A stretch of DNA of 64,000 nucleotides from Chrysomallon squamiferum (GCA_012295275.1 CM022678.1:14136001-14200000), one strand, 5' to 3'. Shown: positions 40,590-53,967, numbered from the stretch's first letter. Notes: a model not told the origin generated them from the letters alone. Made by a program: numbers and translations.

Positions 40590-41950
40590 GAGAGGTTGTA
40601 AAACAAGTGTGTAAAGTCATGTCTCTATATATCCAACATTCTAAAATAGTTCGCAGGTTTTAATTAATATTAACGCAGGCCAGCTATTACAAGGCCGCAA
40701 ATCATTACAGACAGTATAAATGTCCTTCTTTTCCGTATATAAATATTATTAACAAACAGATTAACTGGAAAAATCGACAGTTCAATAACTGTTTTTATTA
40801 CGTTTATGAGTCTTTGACCTCTCTACCTCTCTCTTTTTCTCTTGCGGAATCTTCGACATTACCTCTAATTCTTCAAAATGATCTCATAATAAGAAATTTC
40901 TCAGAAACTTTACCAGTCTGTAACATTTTCTCGGGGAAGTTAATTCTATTTTGTCACGGCTTATTTCCGAGAAACGATAAACCAAAACTGCCCCATGACT
41001 CATCGGCAGTGTAAAGAATAAAAACTAAACTTAAGTACATATATCTTTGGTTTCATCGAGGTGATTGGCTGGAACCATACGCACAAACACACACATACCT
41101 ACACACAGACACACATACGTACATACTAAATAAGTTAATGGAAATTGCAGATCGTGATAAAATTAAAATATTATACTATTATACATAGACAAAATTTTGA
41201 ACTATGAGATATTCCTGTATAATGTTTACATATATATATCTATGCCTATAAACATACATACATACATACAAACTGAGAGACAAAATAAAAAAGCAGTGAA
41301 ATTTCCTTTTTTCTCGAGAATCGCGATTACCTGTAATTTTGTAGCTGTCGTGTGATGTCGCTGTGGGTTTTTCCACAATTTCCTCGGGAATATGAGGTTG
41401 TAAAACAAGTGTGTAAAGTCATGTCTCTATATATCCAACATTCTAAACATAGGTTGCAGGTTTTAATTAATATTAACGCAGGCCAGCTATTACAAGGCCG
41501 CAGATCATTACAGACAGTATAAATGTCCTAATATTATTAACAAACAGATTAACTGGAAAAATCGACAATTCAATAATTGTTTTGAATAAATCTGTTTTAC
41601 ATTTATATTTGTATTTATTTTTACTTCTTATTCGAATATCACTGCGCTCTTTTCAAAAATAATAATGACAAAAATGTTCCACATGTTTATGTATTTTGTT
41701 TCTTTAACCTCTCTCTTCTTCTCTCGCGGAATCTTCAACATTACCTGAAAATTATCTCACAATAAGAAATTTTTCAGAAACTTTACGAGTCATTTTCGGG
41801 AAATAATAACTATTCATTAGACAAACATAATACATGATATATTATGACTGACTATCTGTAACATTTTCTCGGGGAAATTTATGCTATTTTGTCACGGCTG
41901 ATTTTCGACAAACGATAAACAAAAACTGCCCCATGACTCATCGGCAGGCG
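40590..41950. repeat. Local duplication: 40590-41010 repeated, with indels, at 41394-41950
   Basis: gaggttgtaaaacaagtgtgtaaagtcatgtc...cagtataaatgtcc and ...aaaactgccccatgactcatcggcag both occur twice. Confidence 0.9.
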
Positions 41951-43978
41951 TGTCTGTTACATAAAGAATAGATAGATTTGGAATTATCAGATATTCCTGT
42001 ACAATGCATATAAAATGTTGATATGAATCAAAAATGATTTAAACGTTTGCATAATAAGCACATATTATGAATCATTTTCTGAATAATTACATAAATCCAC
42101 TTTAGAACTATAAACTATCTATCTTCTATTTCGTTTTTATATTTTGGTTGTTACCCTCCATAGAAAAATCTCAGATGTTTCAATGAGAAGTTTGTTTACA
42201 AGATATAAAATGTCAGAAGAACGTGATGTTCATTGATACCTAATAAACCATTTAGATATTTGAGCAAGGGAATTAGCCAGATGATATTTTAATTTAAAAT
42301 AGAAAATGTTCCAGACGTGTTTCATGAAAACTGTTTTAAAATTCCAGCAACTGATTTCGGACATTTCAGACACCAAATAAGAGAAAATTAATACTGAATA
42401 TGTTCACAAAACTTCAACTAAAAGGTTCTTGTTCACAACACACAAACAGATTATTTACAAACACTTCCATATAAACCACATATAGATAATCTTCAAATAT
42501 GATAAACAACAAACAAACACAAGATAACTAACAATGTATCTAACTAACTAGATAGCTAGCTAACTAAGCAAATAAATAACAGGACACCATTTAAAATTAT
42601 TTATTTTTATTTTTATTTATAGGAATATATGAGAAATTTTACACACATAAGTTATTTCTCTACCGCAAACAGTTACATTCCACTATATTTTTCTTCAGGA
42701 AATGTCCTTCTTTCGAAACATAGTCATTCTTCTTTGCATGTCATCAACGAATGTATCTGTTAAATAGATGTATAAATGGAAGTTATTCGCTTTTAAAATT
42801 TAAACACACAAACACACAAATCCATATATACATGCAGCAGCAACAACAACAACAACAACTACAACAACAAGACATTAAATAGAACTAATTATTATAAAAG
42901 AAAGCAAATATTTACCTGTCGAATTCAACCTGGAAATTTCTACCAATTTTTATATGGATGCTCGTTGATTCACTTGTAGAATATGTACTTCCGTCAGAAG
43001 TGGTTCCGCTCGAGGAGCTCGAGTGAGAGGCTGAAATCTCAACACTGCCGCCATTTCCGGTTGAAACTGTTCCAGATGAGCTCATTGTGCTTTAAGCAAA
43101 AATTATGAATTACGTAATGTAACAACAACTTTCTTATTCGAGATAACAAAAATTAAAAATTAAAAATTAATAATAATATATATTTTTAGGTTTGTTTTTT
43201 GCTTTTATTTTATTTTATTTTTTTTATTCATTTATTAATTAATTTAATTTAATTGTTCAGTCAATCTGTATTTCTGACATATTTTTAAATATCTCTCATT
43301 TATTATTATTATTATTAATATTATTATTATGCTATTAGATTTCACCATCAAAACGATAATTATACAATAAGCAAATATAATGTTCAGCCTAAGATATTAA
43401 TAGCTTACCTCATTCATAAAATTATCGGAACAGACAATAAAAAAACAAATTAATTAATAAATTTTGAAAAGTGAAACGTAATAATAAACAATGTGCTACA
43501 GTGGGAGATTAAAAATAAATATTTAATAATTAATAAACAAATAAGTAAATCCAACACTTACATTTAACAAAAAAACCAACAAATCTTTAACACAATGTTT
43601 CTCGGCTGGTGTTTGACTGACACTGCTGTGAGTTCTGATTAATATAGTTTCCTGAAGAGCGACAACAACACTGAGATTTGAGTCGAAACGATTGAGTCTC
43701 CGGGAAAAACACGTTAACCTTTGACACAGCTCGCTTAATAGCGTTAGTTCGATTTAGTCGGTAAATTATATATACATATATGAATATATCAAAAAAAAAA
43801 AAAGAAAAAAAAAAGACCATTCAAATTTATATATAAACACATATAAACATATATACAGACAGACAGACAAAATAAAAATGCAGTGAAATATCCTTTTTCC
43901 TCGAGAATCGCGATTATCTGGAATTTTGTAGCTGTCTTGTGATGTCACTCTGGGTTTTTCCAGTTTCCTCGGGAATAA
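41240..43978. repeat. Dispersed direct repeat: ~41240-41392 duplicated at ~43820-43978
   Basis: agacaaaataaaa..gcagtgaaat..cctttt..ctcgagaatcgcgatta...gggtttttcca...tttcctcgggaata is present in both places. Confidence 0.9.
42744..43085 (-). CDS. Small orphan Ser/Thr/Gly-rich protein (~60 aa), not in the ORF track
   Basis: Exon 43085-42916 reads MSSSGTVSTGNGGSVEISASHSSSSSGTTSDGSTYSTSESTSIHIKIGRNFQVEFD(R), donor GTAAAT. Acceptor at 42756 adds YIR*. An acceptor precedes the ATG (43089) and there is an upstream donor GTAAGT at 43561. Confidence 0.55.
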
Positions 43979-44183
43979 AATAAACGTACAGCTTCAGTTC
44001 CCTTTATCTCGAACTAACAGGAATCTGACGAAATTTTAAAAATTCTTTGCGAATAAAACGTTGACATACACGAAAGGAGTTCGACAGATAAAGTTTATAA
44101 AATAATTTCGAGAAAGATCCGAGTAACTTCAGCTGGTCTCAGATAAAAATCTACCACAGGTTGAGTCCATCGAGTATTCAAGG

Positions 44184-44585
44184 ATGTTCAGTTGGTTTAG
44201 CAGAAATCGTTCTGAAGATATCTATGTAAATATATCTGAATTTATTATTGTTGTTTTTGTTGTTGTTGTTGTTATTGTTGTTGTTGTTTAATTATTTTTA
44301 ACTCGTTTTAGGAGAATGAGAAGAAAACTGCGCCGATGGGACGCACAGCGGACTCCAAGGGCAGACTACTTGAACCAGCAGATGCTGTGAGATTTGACTG
44401 CGGTGGTTTTCAGCACTGGGGGATTTACGTAGGTAAGACCATCATCTATTTGTTATTTATACGGGTGTGCACGATTTTTAAGTAATTATACTTATATATT
44501 GAACTAATAAAGAATTCATTCGATAAAAATCTAAAATGGATGCCAGTAATTAAACACTCACTATTTCTCTTGGTGGTTTGAAAAA

Positions 44586-44620
<35 letters not shown>

Positions 44621-44866
44621 ATGTAAAAGTGTATGGGAGTATGTTCGCAAATAGTTTTTAAAGTATATGCATCCTACTTTTAAATGTATAATTTATTTAA
44701 TAGGAGAAGGAGACATAATTCATATGACGGCTCAAGGAGTGACACGAAAGCACATATATGACGTTGCAAAAGAATGTCCATATTACAGAGATAATTCTTT
44801 CGACAAAGTGCAGAGGTTTGTAGCATAATATGTTTTGTTATATCTGTGTCCGTCCGACTGTGTGTG

Positions 44867-44958
<92 letters not shown>

Positions 44959-45965
44959 TGCTTTGTAACGTTTATTCATTTTTTGTTGCTGTTATTTGTA
45001 TGACAGTCCATTCATGAAGCAGGGAATAATAAACATGGCTGAATGTCGTATTGGAGACAAATCGTACAACTTCATCACCAACAACTGTGAACATTTTGTC
45101 AACCAAGTGCGATGTGGTAACCCCAACAGCCAACAAGTGAACGATGTGAGTTAACTACCCATCTAATAATAAGAAGAAGAAGAAAGAAAGAAAGAAAGAA
45201 TAAATGGATAATTTTTCCTTTAGTTGTATTTATGAATCGGAAAGATAATATTTTACATTTAACTGTTATATATTTCACAAAAATCACAAACAAAGAACGG
45301 GACGGAGAATAAGAAAATGATAATAATAAATAATAATAAAATTGATTATATACTTATCTTTATTTATATATATTATTATTGTTGGTGATGGTGGTGTTGT
45401 CGTTATTGTTTTTGCTGCTGTTATTTGCTTGTTTTATTATTCATTTATTTTATTCTATTCTATTCTGTTTATTTATTTATTTATTTTAGATATATATATA
45501 TATATATATATTCTGTTGTTTATATTCTTATTTGTTGTTGATTTTGGCAGATATACTTTGGTGTTTATGCTATTGTTATTATTTGTTCATTTGTTTTCAA
45601 AATACTCTGTAAACTTAATTAAATTTGTTTTTCAGTATTTTAAAAAAAATCGCATTGAAAACTTTGATTTTGTTGACTACGGACCAAACGGAATTACCAG
45701 GACAACTTTCTTCAGTAACAAAGGCGGCCACATTTCTCAAACGTCCAGCTTTGGACATGCTCAGTCATCTGTCACTGGTCAGGCGAGTGCTGCTGCTGTG
45801 GCCAGTACTCCGGGCGGAACAGTTTCGAGCATCATGACGCCTGAAGGCACGTACAGCACAACGTGCCCACCGATGCATCAGATACAAGAAAAGGTTGCCA
45901 CTGCGGCGCCCCCTGCTGACATGAAAGAGAAGCTGTTCTGTTCTGTTTGCCACGGAAAAAAATGA
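44184..45965 (+). CDS. PLAAT/HRASLS/LRAT-family (permuted NlpC/P60) phospholipase-acyltransferase with a Ser/Thr-rich C-terminal extension, ~247 aa
   Basis: Exons 44184-44225 (tentative), 44312-44432, 44704-44815, 45007-45145, 45636-45965, all in phase. Catalytic motifs QHWGIYVG, DIIH and NNCEHFV are intact. Confidence 0.85.
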
Positions 45966-48344
45966 TCCCAAAAATTTCAAAGTTGTCATTGACGAATAAA
46001 ACCCTTTCCCACTTGTGTCCAACATTTTAAACACACACACACGCACACACACACACACACATACACACACACACACATGTGCACATTTACACGTTTACAT
46101 AGACACATGTTAATGTTTAGTACCATTGCTTTGGTTTTAATTAATGTTTTATAAATCTGCACATAAGAACGCTAATGCTATCTTCCAATCTGTATAAAAA
46201 TATAAACAGACTGCTAAAATAAACTCAGTTTGTTTACTCAGCGTCAGAGATTATTTAACTGTCAAAACTACCAATCAGAAAAACATTTTTCTTTACCTCT
46301 CCTTTGTCCACTAAACTTCACCGTAGCATAAAATTACTCACCTTCGGTCATTTGGTCATGCTTGAATACTGACCAAAGGATTATATCCAGCCTCATGACC
46401 TCTGACTGTTTCGTTCAGTCGATACTGCAGGACAAATATTTAACGAAGTTGAAACATCCAGCAAGGTTGTGTCCGACAAACATCTGACTATCTCTTTTCT
46501 GTTTTGATTCCGTAAGCATCAATTTTAATCATTCAATATATTTATAATAATATACTTTTTTGGATTGTCTCATTTGTTTAGATAAATAAAGTTTACTCAA
46601 AAAAAAGATGTCGTTTAAACATGGGTAATTAAATGTGGGTACGTATGAACGCTTCCATTTTACTCCTTTAAAGCTGGAGTCGTGAAGTCGCCCACCGCAT
46701 GGCGGACTGCTAGCTGTATTTTTCTTATTGTAGAAGAAACTTCAGAGATATCCTCAATTTACAACTACAGAATGTGGCAACGACGGAATGTTTTAAACTG
46801 TACTCTTTTGTTGTTATACTTCAATATCAATTAATTATGCAGAAAACAAAATAAAACATTACTCGACAAAAATTATGAATGTATTTAGACTTTTCTTATT
46901 TTCACAGGTACCCTTCATTGACGTATCATTAATAAGAGTAAATAATATTTTTTTATAAATAAGATACATTTTCTTCACTATAGATTGTTAATATATTCGA
47001 TACAGCTTTTAGCATGTTCTTCTTCTTCGTCTTATTATTATTATTTCAAAATCAGTTTATTTTGTTTTTAATGTTAATATAGTGAATTTACGAATGAGTC
47101 TTTCCGAGTTACTGATTTTCAAAACTTCGTGGTAGATGTTAGAAATTTATAAACCATGTCAAAACACACAAAAGTAACGAACTTCAGAATTCCAGCTGAC
47201 ATTTTTTTCTCTTTTCATGAGTGTGTCAGAGTTCACGGGTCGCCTCTTTCAAATATCACTGTTTCTTAATCATGACTTAGGTTTATTACGTTTTTTGAAT
47301 AATTCTTTATTATTATTATTCGTTTAAGTATTTATTTTATTTTTGTTTATATTTATAACATTTTCATAAAATTAAGAATGAATAAAGTAATAAATTTAAA
47401 TAAAAAAGAACCAAAATAATTGAATAAATCAATTCAAAAAAACAACAAAATATATATTTTTAAAAAGTGATGTATTGTAACACACTGTAGGGTAATTCAA
47501 GTGAGACTGATGCAGTCACTTGTAATAGATGTGTGTGTTTTCTCTTTTCAAAGTCGTTTTGGAAGAAGTGCATTGTCCACAACGTAGCTTGAGTCACTCT
47601 TACTCATTTAATGTTTTTAAATTATACATTTATACCATCTTCATTTATTTAGACTATGCAGATAAATAAAACTTACTTAAAACAAAATGGATTCGTAAAT
47701 AATGTAGGTCAAGGTATCTAGCTTGTTTGTTTCATAATTATTATTTTTTGTACATTAAACACATTTATAAATTGATAGCATGTACTGTTATGTATGGTAA
47801 ACCACATTCCTAAATAAAATTTATTCGAGTTTATCTTGCTTTTGGTTATAGGTAAATATATAATTTTTCAAAACTGGTTTCAGAACATCTACGTGTTAGA
47901 TGCAACCAAATAGTCCTTCGCCTTTTATAATTAGAGATGCTGGAAAGGTTGAAATATTTTCAAGTACAAATCATGGCAATCATTACACTATGGATATTTT
48001 AAATTAAATTAATCGGATACGGAACTTGCTGTACAGTGTACCAAAACCAAATCACTTTTATTACTTTGACTGGTGAAACAGTGTAAGTGCTAAAAATATT
48101 CATTTGTATTAAGAAACATGGATATAAAATAAAATTAGGAGAAAGTAGAATTAAGCTACATTATCATGTCCTACCTCTCAAAAACTATTTATGAACTATA
48201 TTCTGAGCTAGAACAAACATCACTGCTTAAGATATGGTTATGTAATTAAATTCACATCTGCAACAGTCGCCTGCATAGACAATTATATTGTATAGAAATA
48301 CCAAATACAGCAACAGCATAATTTTCTGTTCAGAATTAGAAAGA

Positions 48345-48764
48345 ATGGGAAACACGCAACAAGGAAAAGCCTGTTCATCAAATTCGGCAACGGGATACAT
48401 ATCTACCAATCAGACTGGATCGTCATCTTCCGCACCAACAACAGAAACTGACGGTTTTCCATCCATTAACACCGGCGAGTCATCTGCGCATGAGCAGTGC
48501 TATAATTCAAAGGTAAATTAGATCATTGTAATAATTTATGTTTTAATTAAATATTATAAGATATAAAATTTTATGGGTAAAATAATAATATCGTTTTAAT
48601 TTATAATGTTTGTTTCTTTTAATGAATGTCCAGTTATAACTGTTATGCTTTGAAAATTATTTTCTACAAAGAAAAATAATATCGCTTTATTGTTGTGTAA
48701 GTATGTTTAAAATTTCGATTATTTGATATTTCAGGATAAGGAGAAGGGAGTTGTCATTGGTTAA
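48345..48764 (+). CDS. Small orphan Ser/Thr-rich protein (65 aa)
   Basis: Exon 48345-48512 reads MGNTQQGKACSSNSATGYISTNQTGSSSSAPTTETDGFPSINTGESSAHEQCYNSK, donor GTAAAT. Exon 48735-48764 reads DKEKGVVIG*. Acceptor before the ATG at 48333; upstream donor GTAAGT at ~48083. Confidence 0.6.
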
Positions 48765-49335
48765 GTAGCAACTGAGGCTGATTTTATTTTATTTTTTTAT
48801 TATTTTTAATTATTCATACTGCTTTTTTCTAGTTTTTGTTGTTGAGAAAATCAGACTGTTCGATCCCTGTTTATTATGTAACATCAATATTGATACCTCT
48901 GAAGTGTGAGATCGTAAATATCTTAATGTAAATTGATATCGATATCAAGTAACGTATCGATATCAATTATGTGTATATAAAATAAATTTAATTTTAAAAA
49001 ACTCTTCATTTTGTTTGTTATTATTTATTACTTGATTTAAACTGTGTACATCAAATAGACATTATAAACTATTGATAGTTATATATAAATTATTATTTGC
49101 ACAATTATATCCAAACACGTTGTTATGTTAATGGTGTTAAGGTTGTTTTTTATAGAGAAGAATGACCGCCGACTATGTGCAGGTCATCTGATACTGCTCA
49201 AACAGGACACAACAGATCTTTTCATGGACATTTCGTGAGGCCCGACAAATACATATTCATCCAAATTTTAAATGTCAAAATTACTTTTCAGAGTGGTACT
49301 AAGACTAGCTGAAGAAATTTATTGAAAATTCGTTT

Positions 49336-49628
49336 TCATCCATTCTCGAAAATAAAGTCAGAGTGCGAAGCTGTTGTAACCAGCACGAGGGTATTGACCT
49401 TGACATCATCCGAAATAATCTCATAAGCACGTGAAATGATATCAGCCACGTGCTGCGATGTGGCCCAAACGTGTAAAATCTGTTTATTCCATTTTTCTTG
49501 AGAGTTACTGCTCGACTGTATCACTCCTATAAAAAGATTTCATTAAAGTAGTGGTTTATAATTTTGGAATAATGCATTGCGTCGTTGTTTTCACATTACG
49601 TTTTCAAAATTAACTCAAATACTGTTAA

Positions 49629-49707
<79 letters not shown>

Positions 49708-50504
49708 GAGACCAGGCACTTTCATGAAAAATTAACTGGTTAAATGTTTATATGTAAATGAAAAGAACTCAGTTTCTATAATCATATACAAAAACTTGTT
49801 CGTGCCTGCAGTAATCCTGCAATGATAATCATTAATTTATGTCATAATCTGAGTTAAGAACAAATTATTTTAAATAAATAAAAATGCAAGATCGAATGAG
49901 ACCATCGTGACTTATTTGACTGCAATGGTGTATTTACAAAATAAAAAGACATTTGCTTTTCTCAGGCAAATGATCGTTTTTGTGGCTTTCGTAGCATTTT
50001 AAAAGAATCTGCTACAACAGGTCAAATCTATTTAACTTTTGACTGACTAAATTTTTTTCAGAGTTGTTTTTCAGAAGTAAAACCGGTCTAAACATGGATC
50101 GGAGTCATTCCTTCGCAGCCACACTAGTTTAGTATTTGAAATTGTAGTATATTTATAATTCGTTTCTAATTATTAAGGGCCTACCTTTTAATTTTTTGTT
50201 CAGTAGACGTAATGCATCATCGATGTTGTAGTGTCCCCTATACTTCATTGCTCGCGTCACTGACACACCCAGTTTAGCCCCGTATATGCTGCAGACGTAA
50301 TCAGTAATACTTCCACCATAAGGAAAATACGACACTTCCATTTCAGTCTGTGAAATTAAAAGAAAATAAATGTTTTTGGAAGGCTGATGAAGAAGAAAAA
50401 AATAATAATAATAAATAAAACTGGTAGTATCATAAACGGTGACTAAAAATGAATAACAAAATATCATAAATTTGTAACTTTCTTGGTATTTATTTACAGC
50501 TGTA

Positions 50505-50552
<48 letters not shown>

Positions 50553-50993
50553 TAAAGATCCTACAAATACTTTATATTTTGTACCTTTATTAATACGGCT
50601 CCAAAACACCTGTTGAGCAATTCAAATGAAAGAATTTCGGAAATCACCGAATTTCCACCAGCGTTCGGTACGATTCGTATTTTCTCGGCTCCTTCCGTGA
50701 AACTCATTTTATTGATTTTTCTTAAAGGTATGAAATCGCACTTAATCATTCCACCAGTTCGTTTATCGTGAATAAGCTGTACTAATTTAAACCACTGTTG
50801 ATGTCGAACTATGAAATTCTGATTAGCATAAATATTAATCGAAGACGTCTGTTGTACATGTATATTTGAGACAAACCCATTCCTGTTGTCGAGGCGGGCT
50901 CCAATGGGAGAATAAAGACGGTTTTGTCGAATATGACGAATTTGTTTTCGCAAAACGTCGATAATTTCTGTTTCGGTTTATCGTTCGGGCCAT
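49336..50993 (-). CDS. AAC4-like protein (Dictyostelium 'AAC-rich mRNA clone AAC4' family), 3 exons; 5' end has an apparent +1 frameshift
   Basis: Exons 50993-50585, 50347-50185, 49526-49336. Motifs PNAGGNSVISEILSFELL, KTEMEVSYFPYGGSITDY, GVSVTRAMK, LLNKKLKGV and KQILHVWA. ATG 50993 is in frame only if one base is removed from the run at 50952-50955. Confidence 0.75.
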
Positions 50994-51412
50994 ATTTCTG
51001 ATCGGTTATAGATTATTTAGTTTACTGCAACCAGTGATAACTCTATATTTTGACTTCGCTATTTTTGTGTTGTGCAATGCCTTTATATAAACAAAATTCC
51101 AGCTGGCTCAGTTGCTAAATATAACTATTAAACCCAATCAGGAAAAGGTATTACTCATTCTATATATAACGTCCAATCACAAAACTTATACGACGTCTTT
51201 GATTAATAATAAATATTGTAAGTTGTTTATGTTGTTCAACTCCAACCCGCAGCTCATGATAGTGGATCGCTTGTTTTGTTTCGTTTTGTTTAATATATAG
51301 TGTACTAAATCTATGCTGGTATGTACCAACAAAATAAAAATAAATAAATAAAAAAATAAAAATAAAAACAAGAAAAACAATCCACTTTAATAAAAATAAA
51401 AATAAAATAAAA

Positions 51413-51466
<54 letters not shown>

Positions 51467-51660
51467 CTATTTTTATTTAATATTTATTTTTCATTCGTTT
51501 TTATAAACTTTCTAAAATAAAAAGAGATACACACAATTATATGTGTACATGTGTAATGTATATGTATGTAAAATTCACAAATGTGTGTGTATGTGTGCCT
51601 CTATATATATATACTTTTATTAATATTGTCAGCTACACGTCTGAACAGTAATAACGAACA

Positions 51661-51696
<36 letters not shown>

Positions 51697-51936
51697 GTAA
51701 AGTAATTTGAATGTTTTATTTTTTTTATGTAACATTTTGCTTTCGCCACTGCACGAATATAAAATTTCAGTATGTAAATCAAAATTATTTTATTCCATTG
51801 CAAAGAGATAATAATGAACATTTAACGAAATGATCATCTGTTGTTTATATGTTAAACTGTTCTACACACATTGAACTATCTAAAAATATATAAAAAAATT
51901 ATAAAAAAAATTTGAATAATGATGATTATGATGATG

Positions 51937-51981
<45 letters not shown>

Positions 51982-52111
51982 TAGAAGTTTGGTTGTGTAT
52001 GTTACTACTAATATTATATTAATAGTTTATTAGTGGTACTGGTAATTATTACTGCAATACCACTGGTGCGATCTAATGGCGTCTGTGTCTCATAACAGTC
52101 TGTCTGTTTCT

Positions 52112-52975
52112 CTATGGCAGTGTTTGATATTCCCTCTGATTATTGATGTGTTCAAATGTGAAAACTGTCCCCGCTATGACACTGAAAATGGCGCCCAGAT
52201 ACGACAGGTAATAGCCCCACGTCGGTTTGCCCGGATGTAGATAATTGTTTGTGTTACCATACATAGCGCTTCCAACTATTATAAACATCCCTAAAATAAA
52301 AAGATAAAGCAATAATCTGTTAAATTTATATATTTATATACTTATACATTTGTTTGTTTGCCTGTTTATTTCTTTGTTTAGTTTTATGTTTTGTTTGTTG
52401 GTTGGTTTTCTTTGATGGTATTAAAACTCACCTGCAAGAAAACAGCAAATGATACAAATGGTAAGGTTTCGTTTACTGGTGCAGCCCAGAACGTAACTCA
52501 GTATGAGGACAAGGGATGCTACTTCTAGAGCCAGACCCATTACTTCCAGTGCACGGATAGCCTTCAGCCAGCCTGCAGAATGAATACGTTTGTTAACTGA
52601 GTTTAATTAGCTCATGTTAGTTCATCAGCTAACGTTAAGTTAACCAATTTTTATTAACTGGTGTTAACTGATAAATAAATAAATAATGGTTCTATTTATT
52701 GTTAATGCAGACAGACAGACATACAGACACACACACACAAAAATGAAAAGTATACCTGGCTTTTCAAAATTTAAACTGTCTGTACAGAAGACGTCGGTGT
52801 TATAAAGTGGTGACGATGAGCACGTCGTCCACAAACCACTAAAAATGTTCCCTCCTGCTGCCTGAGATACTTTCCAGTACGGCAAACCTATGCTAGTAGC
52901 AAGTAACAGGACACCTGCTATCTGCGTTACCATACCAACCCGAGACGCTGAAGCCGATCTGTTTGCAGACGACAT
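52112..52975 (-). CDS. Claudin/PMP22/EMP-like tetraspan membrane protein, 3 exons, 179 aa
   Basis: Exons 52975-52756, 52572-52432, 52290-52112 (540 nt). W...GLW..C...C signature (PYW, SGLWTTC, VFC), WLKAIRAL, WGYYL and four hydrophobic segments. Confidence 0.88.
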
Positions 52976-53967
52976 CCTTACTGTCAGGATTACTGTTGTA
53001 CATAGATTTTCTCGAGTTTCTAATCAGAGATAATCGTTACACCGTTTATGAACTGAAAATATGGCTACTTATCGAAACAAGGAAGCTGAAAACAGTTCTT
53101 GAATAGTTTTATAAGGCTGAAAATAAAAAGAAGAGAAAGGTTCGTTGTTGTAGATAGTTCATTATTCACTTTACATTTTGACTGCAGTACCAAATTTTGT
53201 CCTTCAAATTCAAATTCGAATAAAACATATGATGTTTTTCATCAATGCGATCTTCACAGGGAATGCTTGGCAACGAACCAATTTAGCTGGTGTCCCGGAA
53301 GTAACTTATCTGACCCTCTTAAAGTACTCTCAAAATGTATACAAAGTAATGAAAAAATAGAAATAAAAATAGTTTCGTATTACATATAATCGACTTGGGG
53401 ATTCGAGGTAAGTTAGGTTCCGAAAAAGATGTCTAATTTTATTTTTCTCAATAACTTTGACTACAATTTTCAGTTTGTAATATAGACCCTAATGGTATAA
53501 ATTACCAGCGATAAGATACGGTATGAAGTGTTGTAGTGCCTTTGTTTAAATTAAGTGTCATTTTTTTTTTTTTTTACACTGCAGTAACAAATAATACTTT
53601 ATTTAGGTATTCAAAGGGAGGGAGAGGTACTGTCCTGAAATGTGCCCCTGCCTTTCTACTTTCTGATTCCTCCCCTGACACTGTTCATTTTTGTAAATAA
53701 AACTAATTTCATAATCATTCATTTTGTTTTTTTATAAATGAATCCTGAAGAGCCCGGGGCAAACGCCACAGTTGTACATAAAACATACATACATACATAC
53801 GTACTAGAGACCGACAGAAAAATAGGTACATAGATAGATATATAGATATATCGATAGACAGATAGGTAAACAGAGATTCTTTGTATCTTTCTTGATACTG
53901 CCATAATATAAGTGTAAAATGAAATCTTTTTAATTTTTTACCGCTTTATATTAAATGACTATTGTTG

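Noticed and set aside
45342-45635. Hydrophobic N-terminal half of ORF 45342-45965 as a membrane protein
   Set aside because: Translation of AT-rich intron sequence; the real exon begins at acceptor 45635.
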